The notes beneath the pieces were generated by a model that saw only the letters and a program-made list of their open reading frames with translations, was not told where the DNA came from and made no database searches. Below are positions 27,101 through 43,657 of a stretch of DNA of 64,000 bases, piece by piece. A program made the translations under genes and the position numbers. This DNA comes from Eledone cirrhosa (Eukaryota): assembly GCA_964016885.1 (NCBI GenBank), contig OZ024761.1:5704001-5768000 (forward strand), in the 5' to 3' direction. Each line of letters begins with the position of its first letter. Position 1 is the first letter of the stretch.

Positions 27101-29096
27101 AGTGTCAGTGGTTGAGACAGTAGTCCAGGTTACGACTGAGACAGTGTCAGTGACGGTTGAGACAGTAGTCCAGGTTACAACTGAGCCAGTGTCAGTGAAG
27201 GTTGAGACAGTAGTCCAGGTTACGACTGAGCCAGTGTCAGAGGTTGAGACAGTAGTCCAGGTTACAACTGAGCCAGTGTCAGTGGTTGAGACAGTAGTCC
27301 AGGTTACGACTGAGCCAGTGTCAGTGGTTGAGACAGTAGTCCAGGTTACAACTGAGCCAGTGTCAGTGGTTGAGACAGTAGTCCAGGTTACGACTGAGCC
27401 AGTGTCAGAGGTTGAGACAGTAGTCCAGGTTACGACTGAGACAGTGTCAGTGAAGGTTGAGACAGTAGTCCAGGTTACAACTGAGCCAGTGTCAGTGAAG
27501 GTTGAGACAGTAGTCCAGGTTACGACTGAGCCAGTGTCAGAGGTTGAGACAGTAGTCCAGGTTACAACTGAGCCAGTGTCAGTGGTTGAGACAGTAGTCC
27601 AGGTTACAACTGAGCCAGTGTCAGTGGTTGAGACAGTAGTCCAGGTTACGACTGAGCCAGTGTCAGTGGTTGAGACAGTAGTCCAGGTTACAACTGAGCC
27701 AGTGTCAGTGGTTGAGACAGTAGTCCAGGTTACGACTGAGCCAGTGTCAGAGGTTGAGACAGTAGTCCACGTTACGACTGAGACAGTGTCAGTGAAGGTT
27801 GAGACAGTAGTCCAGGTTACAACTGAGCCAGTGTCAGTGAAGGTTGAGACAGTAGTCCAGGTTACGACTGAGCCAGTGTCAGAGGTTGAGACAGTAGTCC
27901 AGGTTACAACTGAGCCAGTGTCAGTGGTTGAGACAGTAGTCCAGGTTACAACTGAGCCAGTGTCAGTGGTTGAGACAGTAGTCCAGGTACGACTGAGCCA
28001 GTGTCAGTGGTTGAGACAGTAGTCCAGGTTACAACTGAGCCAGTGTCAGTGGTTGAGACAGTAGTCCAGGTTACAACTGAGCCAGTGTCAGTGGTTGAGA
28101 CAGTAGTCCAGGTTACAACTGAGCCAGTGTCAGTAGTTGAGACAGTAGTCCAGGTTACGACTGAGCCAGTGTCAGAGGTTGAGACAGTAGTCCAGGTACG
28201 ACTGAGCTAGTGTCAGTGAAGGTTGAGACAGTAGTCCAGGTTACAACTGAGACAGTGTCAGAGGTTGAGACAGTAGTCCAGGTTACAACTGAGCCAGTGT
28301 CAGTGGTTGAGACAGTAGTCCAGGTTACAACTGAGCCAGTGTCAGTGAACGTTGAGACAGTAGTCCAGGTTACGACTGAGCCAGTGTCAGAGGTTGAGAC
28401 AGTAGTCCAGGTTACAACTGAGCCAGTGTCAGTGGTTGAGACAGTAGTCCAGGTTACAACTGAGCCAGTGTCAGTGAACGTTGAGACAGTAGTCCAGGTT
28501 ACGACTGAGCCAGTGTCAGAGGTTGAGACAGTAGTCCAGGTTACAACTGAGCCAGTGTCAGTGGTTGAGACAGTAGTCCAGGTTACGACTGAGCCAGTGT
28601 CAGTGAAGGTTGAGACAGTAGTCCAGGTACGACTGAGCCAGTGTCAGTGAACGTTGAGACAGTAGTCCAGGTACAACTGAGCCAGTGTCAGTGAAGGTTG
28701 AGACAGTAGTCCAGGTACGACTGAGCCAGTGTCAGTGAAGGTTGAGACAGTAGTCCAGGTTACGACTGAGCCAGTGTCAGTGAAGGTTGAGACAGTAGTC
28801 CAGGTACGACTGAGCCAGTGTCAGTGGTTGAGACAGTAGTCCAGGTTACGACTGAGCCAGTGTCAGGGGTTGATACAGTAGGCCAGGTTACGACTGAGCC
28901 AGTGTCAGTGAAGCTTGAGACAGTAGTCCAGGTTACGACTGAGCTAGTGTCAGTGAAGGTTGAGACAGTAGTCCAGGTTACAACTGAGCCAGTGTCAGTG
29001 GTTGAGACAGTAGTCCAGGTTACAACTGAGCCAGTGTCAGTGAAGGTTGAGACAGTAGTCCAGGTACGACTGAGCCAGTGTCAGTGGAGGTTGAAA
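24166..29096. repeat. 4.9-kb minisatellite, 42/45-bp unit ACTGAGCCAGTGTCAGTG(AAG)GTTGAGACAGTAGTCCAGGTTACG
   Basis: More than 100 units. Reads TEPVSVKVETVVQVT on the + strand, with a few TAG stops and 1-nt deletions. Confidence 0.95.
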
Positions 29097-29139
29097 CCCT
29101 CTCGTAGTTTGTTGATGTTTAAAGTACAAAGAATTTCCT

Positions 29140-29490
29140 GTCGCCGTCGTTATTGTTGTAGTTGTTATTATTGTAGGTGATGTTGTTGCTGTCGTTGGCG
29201 TTGGTGTAGTAGTTGTTGTAGGTGATGTAGGTGTTGTTGTTGGTGGTGGTGGTGTTACTGTTGATGTTGTTGGTGGTGGTGGTGTTACTGTTGATGTTGT
29301 TGGTGGTGGTGGTGTTACTGTTGATGTTGTTGTTGGTGGTGGTGTTACTGTTGATGTTGTTGGTGGTGGTGGTGTTACTGTTGTTGTTGTTGTTGTTGGT
29401 GGTGGTGCTGGTGTTACTGTTGTTGTTGGTGGTGGTGGTGGTGGTGGTGGTGGTGGTGTTACTGTTGTTGTTGTTGGTGTTGGTGGTGTT

Positions 29491-29530
<40 letters not shown>

Positions 29531-29539
29531 TTGTTGTTG

Positions 29540-29571
<32 letters not shown>

Positions 29572-29595
29572 GGTGGTGGTGGTGTTACTGTTGTC
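29140..29595. repeat. (GTT)/(GGT) low-complexity tract
   Basis: Direct inspection. Confidence 0.85.
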
Positions 29596-30130
29596 TCTGA
29601 TAGATTCACGCCAAGTTCACCATTCCAATCCCCTCCCACCACCCAGACAGTGTGGTGAGGGTAGAAGGTAGTGTTCCACAAAATAGTTACACCCTGGGGG
29701 TAATAGTACCCCCCGGGGGAGATCCAGGATAGGTTAGCCAGTTTCTGTTTCTTAACAACAGCATGATCCGACAGATTTCCTTCCCACAATTCCCTGCTCC
29801 TTCCTCTGCCAGGAACCCGTGTCCTTCCGACGTCGCTTCCGATATGGAAGGCTGTAACCATGGTTACTGACAGTTGTCACTTCTCCCCATCCATCTCTGT
29901 GTGTGTGTGTGTGTGTGGCTAAGCGTGGGTGGTGTGTGTGGCTAAGCGTGTGTGTGTGTGTGGCTAAGCGTGTTGTGTGTATGTGTGTGGCTAAGCGTGG
30001 GTGGTGTGTGTGTATGTGTATGGCTAAGCGTGGGTGGGTGTCTGTGTGTGTGGCTAAGTATATATATATGTGTGTGTGTGTGTGTGGCTAAATGTGTGTG
30101 TGTGTGGCTAAGTGTGTGTGTGTGGCTAAG

Positions 30131-30162
<32 letters not shown>

Positions 30163-30241
30163 GTTAAGTATATGTAAGCGGACTAATGTTTGATAATGTG
30201 TATATGAGACTTTGTACGCATGTGTATGTGTGTCGGGCGCG

Positions 30242-30294
<53 letters not shown>

Positions 30295-30429
30295 TTTATA
30301 AATATACATACATACTATATATATATATATATATATGCTTGTGTAATTGTATATATTCATGTACATGTGTGTGTTTACAAATATAGAAAATACAATTCAT
30401 TTATTGAACATTTATGTATCGATATATAT

Positions 30430-30495
<66 letters not shown>

Positions 30496-30579
30496 CGGCC
30501 GGAAGCAATCATTCAGCTCCTTGAAATACCCGCCTTTATCATGAGAAGCAAAGGTTAATAATGGTGGCCGCCCACCCAG

Positions 30580-34025
<3,446 letters not shown>

Positions 34026-34232
34026 GAGCTATATCAACAGTAACATTGTCAGAAGCAAGAACTACAACTACAAAAGTAAAAATGTTGTTGTAGACCCTAA
34101 GTAATCTCTGGTATTCTAGTGCAGAAAGAAATCTAATATTTCGATGACAATTGGAATCTATTTATAAATTTCTGTGATTTTGTGTACAAGATGTGAAGAG
34201 AGAGAAGTAGTTTGACTACCTCATACTACTCC

Positions 34233-36253
34233 TCTGGAGTGTAACATTGGGTTGGGTCGTGAGTATCTGGAGTGTAATATTGGATTGGGTCGTGAGTATC
34301 TGGAGTGTAACATTGGGTTGGGTCGTGAATATCTGGAGCGTAACATTGGGTTGGGTCGTGAGAATCTGGAGTGTAACATTGGATTGGGTCGTGAGTATCT
34401 GGAGTGTACCATTGGGTTGGGTCGTGAGTATCTGGAGTGTAATATTGGATTGGGTCGTGAGTATCTGGAGTGTAACATTGGGTTGGGTCGTGAGTATCTG
34501 GAGTGTAATATTGGATTGGGTCGTGAGTATCTGGAGTGTAACATTGGGTTGGGTCGTGAATATCTGGAGCGTAACATTGGGTTGGGTCGTGAGAATCTGG
34601 AGTGTAACATTGGATTGGGTCGTGAGTATCTGGAGTGTACCATTGGGTTGGGTCGTGAGTATCTGGAGTGTAATATTGGATTGGGTCGTGAGTATCTGGA
34701 GTGTAACATTGGGTTGGGTCGTGTGTATCTGGAGTGTAACATTGGATTGGGTCGTGAGTATCTGGAGTGTAACATTGGGTTGGGTCGTGAATATCTGGAG
34801 CGTAACATTGGGTTGGGTCGTGAGAATCTGGAGTGTAACATTGGATTGGGTCGTTAGTATCTGGAGTGTACCATTGGGTTGGGTCGTGGTATGTGCAGTG
34901 TAACATTGGGTTGGGTCGTGAGTATCTGGAGTGTAACATTGGGTTGGGTCGTGTTATGTGCAGTGTAACATTGGATTGGGTCGTGGTATCTGGAGTGTAA
35001 CATTGCGTTGGGTCGTGTTATGTGCAGTGTAACATTGGATTGGGTCGTGGTATCTGGAGTGTAACATTGGGTTGGGTCGTGTTATGTGCAGTGTAACATT
35101 GGATTGGGTCGTGGTATCTGGAGTGTAACATTGCGTTGGGTCGTGTTATGTGCAGTGTAACATTGGATTGGGTCGTGGTATCTGGAGTGTAACATTGGGT
35201 TGGGTCGTGTTATGTGCAGTGTAACATTGGATTGGGTCGTGGTATCTGGAGTGTAACATTGGGTTGGGTCGTGTTATGTGCAGTGTAACATTGGATTGGG
35301 TCGTGGTATCTGGAGTGTAACATTGCGTTGGGTCGTGTTATGTGCAGTGTAACATTGGATTGGGTCGTGGTATCTGGAGTGTAACATTGCGTTGGGTCGT
35401 GTTATGTGCAGTGTAACATTGGATTGGGTCGTGGTATCTGGAGTGTAACATTGGGTTGGGTCGTGAGTATCTGGAGTGTAACATTGGGTTGGGTCGTGGT
35501 ATGTGCAGTGTAACATTGGGTTGGGTCGTGGTATCTGGAGTGTAACATTGGGTTGGGTCGTGAGTGTCTGGAGTGTAACATTGGGTTGGGTCGTGGTATG
35601 TGCAGTGTAACATTGGGTTGGGTCGTGGTATCTGGAGTGTAACATTGGGTTGGGTCGTGAGTATCTGAAGTGTAACATTGGGCTGGGTCGTGGTATGTGC
35701 AGTGTAATATTGGGTTGGGTCGTGGTATCTGGAGTGTAACATTGGGTTGGGTCGTGAGTATCTGGAGTGTAACATTGGGTTGGGTTGTGGTATGTGCAGT
35801 GTAACATTGGGCTGGGTCGTGGTATGTGCAGTGTAACATTGGGTTGGGTCGTGGTATCTGGAGTGTAACATTGGGTTGGGTCGTGAGTATCTGGAGTGTA
35901 ACATTGGGTTGGGTTGTGGTATGTGCAGTGTACCATTGGGTTGGGTCGTGGTATCTGGAGTGTACCATTGGGTTGGGTCGTGAGTATCTGGAGTGTAACA
36001 TTGGGTTGTGTTGTGAGTGAGTATCTGGTGTGTAACATGGGGTCGTGAGTATCTGGAGTGTAACATTGGGTTGTGTTGTGAGTATCTGGCGTGTAACATT
36101 GGGTTGTGTTGTGAGTGAGTATCTGGTGTGTAACATGGGGTCGTGAGTATCTGGAGTGTAACATTGGGTTGTGTTGTGAGTATCTGGCGTGTAACATTGG
36201 GTTGTGTTGTGAGTGAGTATCTGGTGTGTAACATTGGGTCGTGAGTATCTGGA
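34233..36253. repeat. Minisatellite, 33/31-bp unit CTGGAGTGTAACATTGGGTTGGGTCGTGAGTAT
   Basis: About 60 units with higher-order structure. Confidence 0.95.
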
Positions 36254-36436
36254 TGCAATGAACTTGTAGATATGAAACAGTGTGGTCCTGTAACTCCCGA
36301 TGAAGTGGTAGGGGTGCCGCAATGCCTTGCTGTGTTACTTGGTCATTTTGAAGCTTCTCTCCATGTCTGAATACAGCAGATTTCTTCCAGAGAAGGAAAG
36401 AGAGTGAGAGAATGGAAGTAAGAGATATAGAGGAAG

Positions 36437-36612
36437 AATCGACCCAGTACTTGACTGGTACTTCTTTTTATTGAACCCGAATGGATGAAAGGCAAACTTG
36501 GGCGGGATTTGAACTTAGGGAGCAGAGAACTGGAACGGATACAGCCAAGTATTCTCTCCGACGTTCTAACAACTCTACCATTCTATCTGACGTTCTAACC
36601 ACTCTGGTAATT
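36437..36612 (-). mobile_element. Diverged SINE related to family 1
   Basis: GGATGAAAGGCAAA..GGGATTTGAAC. Confidence 0.6.
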
Positions 36613-36951
36613 CTCAAATAGCCACCAATTAGGTATTGCTCCAACAATGAATTGAAAGCAGGCCGCAAGATTGTGTCCTGTGGCATAGTCGTTGATGAGG
36701 TCACATCGGACAACTCAGGTCATGGATTGATCCTGAACCGTAAGCTTCTGACATATGGCAAAGGTGTCTCTGTACAAAAACAATAGAAGGTTCAACAGAG
36801 ACTTACTTAAGTCTGTCTCAAGCCTTGGGGGTTCATCTGACCTGATGAAAATACAGGACTCTTCCTCGAACTTGACGCCAGTCCGTCGTAGGGTAACCCC
36901 CAGGTGCTGCTTGTCGTATGTTTTGCCGCTGAGAGGACCGAAGCAGCATAA

Positions 36952-37140
36952 AATAATTGTTTCTACTTTTGGCACAAGGCCAGCAATTACCCCAGTACAT
37001 TACTGCTACTTTATTTTATCGACCCCGTAAGGATGAAAGGCAAAATTAACCTCGACGGGATATGAACTCAGATCGTAAAGGGACGTAACTGTGCTAGAAA
37101 GCATGGCGTCCGACCCTCTACCAATACTGACAATTCACCT
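36952..37140 (-). mobile_element. SINE family 1
   Basis: Full-length reverse copy. Confidence 0.8.
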
Positions 37141-37147
37141 ACTTCGT

Positions 37148-37318
37148 GCAGCATAAAATAAAGTGTCTTGCTCAATGAGGCAACGCATAATCTTGTTTCA
37201 GAATCGGGTCGTGAGTATCTGGAGTGTAACATTGGGTTGGGTCGTGGCACGTACCACGACCCAACCCAATTCACCATTGTAAGCTCAATACCCTAACCAT
37301 TTGGCCGTGCGCCTTCAC
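37148..37318 (-). mobile_element. SINE family 2-like head interrupted by satellite-derived insert
   Basis: AAATAAAGTGTCTTGCTCAA...CTAACCATTTGGCCGTGCGCCTTCAC matches the reverse of 8858-8970. Confidence 0.65.
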
Positions 37319-37498
37319 TAAAATTAAACAACTTCGATTAAATCTTCCACTGTTCTCGACATTTATCTTTGTATAATACTGTAGTAACTATAGTAACTAT
37401 AGACATCCATATATGGATTGATGTATCGGTTTTGTATGTATGCAATATAGTTGTGTGTGTGTATGTGTGTGCTCGCATACATCTACATGTGCAAGTGC

Positions 37499-37542
<44 letters not shown>

Positions 37543-37580
37543 ATTTATTTATTTATATATATATGTGTGTGTATGTGTAG

Positions 37581-37662
<82 letters not shown>

Positions 37663-37671
37663 GTGTGTATT

Positions 37672-37703
<32 letters not shown>

Positions 37704-37742
37704 ATATTATATATATATATATGCACACACACACATATACAC

Positions 37743-37792
<50 letters not shown>

Positions 37793-37801
37793 GTGTGTAT
37801 T

Positions 37802-37833
<32 letters not shown>

Positions 37834-37868
37834 ATATATGCACACACACACACACATATATATATATA

Positions 37869-37908
<40 letters not shown>

Positions 37909-38003
37909 AAGAAGTTTAAATGAGTTGATAAAATGTTCTTAGCCTATATAGGTGAAGATTTTAAAGCTCGATGTGATTTTATAGTCCACGTTATGATAGG
38001 TGC

Positions 38004-38085
<82 letters not shown>

Positions 38086-38255
38086 ACTGCTATATCTGAT
38101 TTGCTAAGCTGTTTGAACATAATGTTATTACTCTGGGGTCTTATCTCATCTGAGTGCTAAAGCTACAAACCGAATAAGCATACACGCTAGCTTGGCCGTA
38201 TACTAGAGCTTCGTCTATGCTGTACTAAAATTTATATATATATATGTATCAGGAT

Positions 38256-38289
<34 letters not shown>

Positions 38290-38435
38290 CCCTTCCTCTT
38301 CAATAACTTCCACAAGTTATTGACGCACTGGAGTTAGACACATTGTCTTTAAGGCGTTGAAATGTCCGTAACATCCAGTAGACAACTGATGAAGGGATAC
38401 TCCCCGTTTGTGCTTTCCTTTTATATATATATATA

Positions 38436-38668
38436 TAACGAAAGAGTTGTGGTAAGGAACCATATGGACCATAGCGCACCAGAGTACTCAATACTTAGGG
38501 TAGAGAGTGGGTAACAGGAAAATGTATGACTCCCGACGGCAGAGCTCAAGCCGTTTCGACGGCTATTTCTGGACTAAATTAGATTTATTTACCAAGCTAA
38601 AAATTCTAATTTAGTCCAGAAATAGCCGTCGAAACGGCTTGAGCTCTGCCGGCGGGCTCATACATTTT

Positions 38669-38672
<4 letters not shown>
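38436..38672. mobile_element. Fold-back element family E (GTCCAGAAATAGCCGTCGAAACGGC...)
   Basis: Inverted arms in (TA)n. Further copies at 39226-39420, 41889-42028, 47980-48160, 48493-48785 and 53593-53810. Confidence 0.8.
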
Positions 38673-38714
<42 letters not shown>

Positions 38715-38724
38715 TATAGATAGG

Positions 38725-39167
38725 TAAATATACACGGGTGTGTATGATTGTGTATAGAAGATTATATTAATAAGAGGAATTCCAACTTTGTCTGATTTAC
38801 TCGTTTTATTTACAATCCTTTAAAATATATATAATGGTATTATAATGAAATAGTATGATAGAATATTAAATTCTAAGTGTTAATTGAACAAGTACTTTCA
38901 TGCTTTCGCAATCTTCAGGTTCATGATATGTGGTGACAGTCGAGTTTGCAATTTTCAACATGATATGTGGTGACAGTTGAAAATTGCAAACTCGACTGTC
39001 ACCACATATCATGAACCTTAAGATTGCGAAAGCATGAAAGTACTTGTTCAATTAACACTTAGAATTTAATATTCTATCATACTATTTCATTATAATACCA
39101 TTATATATATTTTAAAGGATTGTAAATAAAACGAGTAAATCAGACAAAGTTGGAATTCCTCTTATTA

Positions 39168-39170
<3 letters not shown>
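38725..39170. mobile_element. Hammerhead fold-back element, family B
   Basis: About 200-bp inverted arms. Intact motif at 38885-38923 (-) and a core-mutated copy (CTTAAGA) at 39012-39050 (+). Confidence 0.8.
38885..38923 (-). ncRNA. Hammerhead ribozyme motif (family B)
   Basis: Identical to 20753-20791. Confidence 0.7.
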
Positions 39171-39228
<58 letters not shown>

Positions 39229-39414
39229 GAAGGAAATGTGGTAAGGAACCAGGTGGACCATAACGCACCAAAGTACTCAATACTTAGGGTAGTAGAGTGG
39301 GTAATAGGAACGAGTAGGACCCCGACGGCTGAGCTCAAGCCGTTTCGACGGCTAACTCTTAGTCCAGAAATAGCCGTCGAAACGGCTTGAGCTCTGCCGT
39401 CGGGGTCCTACTCG

Positions 39415-39498
<84 letters not shown>

Positions 39499-39986
39499 GT
39501 TGTGTCCTTTCTGGGCACATCAAGATTAATGGTGAGAAACGCTGCCTTCGCGTAAGCATGGTTAATACTACCAAGTCGTAGTCGATTGCGAGGGACGGCT
39601 AGGATCTGCATCAGAGGTTACATAAGGGAGTGGTAGATGCAAGACATTCCATTATGTGCCTTGCAGTGGTGGCGGGGGAGTAGAAAAGCACAGACTTCAA
39701 AGTGAGAGCCATTATTTTGGTTGTTGTGTCAGAAATAGACAGCACTGCTTATCTGTCTCACTTTGAAGTTTTGCTGGCTAAGTATCTACGACATTCTACT
39801 GATAGCTCTAGACATTCATCTGAGGATCTCTGCTGAATGGTGATTGGAGGACTCTCCTCATATATATGTGTATATATATGTGTGTATATACACACACATA
39901 TATACACACACAGACAGACACACACATACACATATATATATATATATATATATGAACACACATACACATGTATATATACGTATAAA

Positions 39987-40094
39987 CAAGGTGTCCCCCA
40001 AAAATATATATACACTTCAAATAAATAAAGCATTCTAATAAATATTGCCTGCACAGTTAACTAAAGTGTGTATACATTTTTGTGGGATACCTTG
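39987..40094. mobile_element. Tc1/mariner-type MITE
   Basis: About 30-bp imperfect TIRs CAAGGTGTCCC../..GGGATACCTTG in TA context. Confidence 0.6.
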
Positions 40095-40397
40095 TATATA
40101 TATATATATATAATCTTATATAAATAAGACACACGTGCATGCTCCACGTGTAACTATTACATGCACTAACTACTTCAACTGACTAACAAACTATCCTCTT
40201 GCATTATCTTCGTAAACTGCCGATGTTGTATTTTAACTTTAATTTTGTTCTAATATGATTTTAATTTTTGAATTTAAATTGCCATGCAAAAATATTATAA
40301 TGAATGTCACCCCACTGTGCATCAATATATACATATGTTTCTGTACGTCTCTTGTGTTGGAAAGGAGGTCATGTATGTAAACAATCATTGAAAAATT

Positions 40398-40442
40398 GTT
40401 CCGAAGACTCCAAGCCTCGATTTGGACGAAACAATTGTAAGC
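40398..40442 (+). ncRNA. Hammerhead ribozyme motif, U4C variant
   Basis: GTT-CCGAAGA-C TCCAA gcctcgat TTGGA C-GAAA-CAATTG-TA-AGC, then TAATAAA. Confidence 0.6.
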
Positions 40443-40643
40443 TAATAAATGGTTTGAACAGAACTTTGATTCATGTGAATTCTATATAACTGCTCTGTAG
40501 AACAACTGATGTTATTACATTGAGCTATTTATCTTACTGGTAATAAGGTAGTAATAAATTACTGTCTTTCAATGTTTAGGGTTTAAAATATATATAACTA
40601 TAAAAAGTTTTAGTATATACATAACCATAAATAGTATCCTTAA

Positions 40644-40714
<71 letters not shown>

Positions 40715-40734
40715 ACAGTTAAGTATATTTTGAA

Positions 40735-40933
40735 ACATGGAGCGAGTTTGAAATTAGAAATAGAAGCTTTCGCCGTATATTTGACTAAAGAAATTTTATC
40801 CTGATAGTGTGGTTTAGAACCGTCAAAGAAATGGAAAAAAATGAGTATTGAGTCCCATGTACGTCTATTTCTTGGAGGGTTCTAAACCCCATTATCAGGA
40901 TAACATTTCTTTAGTAAAAAATATGGCGAAAGC

Positions 40934-40938
<5 letters not shown>
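40735..40938. mobile_element. Diverged fold-back copy of family 3
   Basis: Homologous to 19718-19975. Confidence 0.6.
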
Positions 40939-41024
<86 letters not shown>

Positions 41025-41030
<6 letters not shown>

Positions 41031-41197
41031 GAAATGTAAGCTATCGCCGTATTTTGACTAAAGAAATTAAAAAAATAATTTAGCCTGATAGTGGGGTTAA
41101 GAACCCTCGGAGAAATGGAAAAAGATGAGTATAGACGTACATGGGAGTCGAACCCACATCTTTGGTTATCCGGACCACTGTGCTACCATTTACACCA
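41025..41197 (-). mobile_element. tRNA-headed SINE-like element, family 3
   Basis: Minus strand reads TGGTGTAAATGGT (A box)...GGTTCGACTCC (B box), and the body ends in (TA)n. Confidence 0.7.
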
Positions 41198-41220
41198 ACA
41201 CACACACACACACACATTTT

Positions 41221-41454
41221 AGAGACTGAGGTTAGCTGGACATGCTCACCGACATCCAGAGTTGACATTGCACTCAGTGCTCCTTTGGGATCCCTTACAT
41301 GGACACACTAGAAGAGGAAGACCAAGGTTAACATATGTTGATGCCCTAAGGACAGACACTGGTCTGTTGGAGATGCAGAATATGGCAGCGATAATGAGGG
41401 ACAGAGACCGCTGGAGAGAACTCGTCCATGGATCTCGGGAATTTTACCCGCCTT

Positions 41455-41456
<2 letters not shown>
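41221..41456 (+). pseudogene. RTE-clade LINE 3' fragment
   Basis: RLRLAGHAHRH...LLWDP.HG..RRGRPRLTYVD...DRDRWRELV matches the RTE C-terminal motif set. Confidence 0.8.
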
Positions 41457-41502
<46 letters not shown>

Positions 41503-41567
41503 TGAAACCAAACACAAAACGCTAAGTTCTAGTTTTGAATATGTCACTATCTGTAAAACAACTTTTG

Positions 41568-41628
41568 TATTTTATCTGATGAGAGCGTACCAAAATGTTG
41601 GTACCCTTGAAATATATATAATAAAATA
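41568..41628 (+). ncRNA. Hammerhead ribozyme motif (family A)
   Basis: TATTTTAT-CTGATGA-GAGcGTACCAA aatg TTGGTACcCTT-GAAA-TATATA-TA-ATAAAATA, with the family tail GAGTGCTTCTAAT downstream. Confidence 0.75.
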
Positions 41629-42025
41629 AATATGGTTTTATAAGATAGCTTCCATTTATTAATATCATTGATATTATACTCCAGAAGAATAATGTTGAGT
41701 GCTTCTAATGTGTTATAAACTAAATTTGTTGAATAATCAACAAATTAAATAACTCATTGCTTATATGTATATATATATAATTGTTTCTACTTTTGACACA
41801 AGGCCAGCAATTACCCAGTACATTACTGGTACTTTATTTTATCGACCCCGTAAGGATGAAAGGCAAAGTTAACCTCGACGATATATATGGTCCAGAAATA
41901 GCCGTCGAAACGGCTAGAGCTCTGCCGTCGGAGTTAAACATTTTCCTATTACCCACTCTACTACCCTAAGTATTGAGTACTCTGGTGCGTTATGGTCCAT
42001 CTGGTTCCTTACCAAACCTCCTTCG

Positions 42026-42130
<105 letters not shown>

Positions 42131-42493
42131 TGTATATTTCACAGATATTTGTTCCCGTAAAGCTTTCTGTGTAAGACTACATTCACTAAACACGCCACCC
42201 CAACACACACCTCACCCCTCTCTATTACACTCTAAACCAATTAGTCACCCACACTATGAAATTATCACTCACTAATCTAAATTGCCTTCTCTTATTGTCC
42301 TTATGAATATTCATGAGCTCTGCGGCTCACGTGACCAGTTCCACCATGTTTCCCCTCCTGCTACGCATGTCACATAAGTACATCATTTCTCATAGATATT
42401 CGTTACACACATCAGTCTATCTCTCTATATGCATATCTATCTATCTATCTATCTATCTATCGATCGATATGTCTGTGTGTCTGTCTGTCTGTG

Positions 42494-42555
<62 letters not shown>

Positions 42556-42559
42556 TCTA

Positions 42560-42880
42560 CCCCAGCAAGTTTTATGAAAGGTGGGTGAAAGTGGCGAGAA
42601 TGGCCCGAGGGAATGGGCCTTCTCTCTATATCAGCCTGTAGGTTGAGGAAAAGGAGGAGGAGAGGAAAGGAGTATAAACTCTTCGTACTCCTGGAGATGA
42701 GGGTTGCACATTTTTTTCGGGGGTATGTGTTACCCATATGTAATGTCTCCCCCTATTGGGGAAAATCGACTAATTTTTAAATTGCATTTGTGATAACATT
42801 TTACACGTTTTTATTGTATGTAAACTTCCCCCTTTGTATTTGTCCCCTTCTTTTGTGCCCCTGTGGCTAATAAAGAAACA
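42560..42880 (+). mobile_element. Probable LINE 3' end (Tx1/L1-like) in (TCTA)n
   Basis: ORF end ..KFYERWVKVARMAR.., then a 3' UTR ending GTGGCTAATAAAGAAA. The 3' end recurs at about 42964 and 43490-43613. Confidence 0.45.
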
Positions 42881-43610
42881 TATCTATCTATCTATCTATC
42901 TACCTCTCTCCCTCTCTCTCTCTCCCCCTCTCTCTCTCCCTCCCCCCTCTCCCCCTCTTACTGGTGGCAAATAAAAAGAAAGTTATCTATCTACCTCTCT
43001 CTCTCTCTATCTATATATCTATCTACCTCTCTCTCTATATATATCTATCTACCTCTCTCTCTCTATCTATATATCTATCTACCTCTCTCTCTCTCTCTCT
43101 ATCTATATATCTATCTACCTCTCTCTCTCTCTATCTATATATCTATCTACCTCTCTCTCTCTATCTATATATCTATCTACCTCTCTCTCTCTCTATCTAT
43201 ATATCTATCTACCTCTCTCTCTCTATCTATATATCTATCTACCTCTCTCTCTCTATCTATATATCTATCTACCTCTCTTTATCTATATATCTATCTACCT
43301 CTCTCTCTCTCTATCTATATATCTATCTACCCCCCTCTCTCTCTATCTATATATCTATCTACCTCTCTTTCTCTATCTATATATCTATCTACCTCTCTCT
43401 CTCTATCTATATATCTATCTACTTCTCTCTCTCTATCTATATATCTACCTCTCTCTCTCTATCTATCTATATATCTATCTATCTGTCTACCTATTGGGGA
43501 TTTCGATTGTTATAATTGTTGTTTTATACTTTTTTACACGACTGTATGTAAAATCCCCGGCATGTCCTTCTTTTGTCCCCTTTTCTTGTGCGCCCTTGTG
43601 GCTAATAAAG

Positions 43611-43657
<47 letters not shown>

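Noticed and set aside
38358-38406. Permuted hammerhead (GAAA..TC..CTGATGA)
   Set aside because: Helices I and II cannot be formed convincingly.
41140-41197. Functional tRNA gene
   Set aside because: No complete acceptor stem, and it is fused to a repeated body. Treated as a SINE head, as for the other tRNA-like heads.
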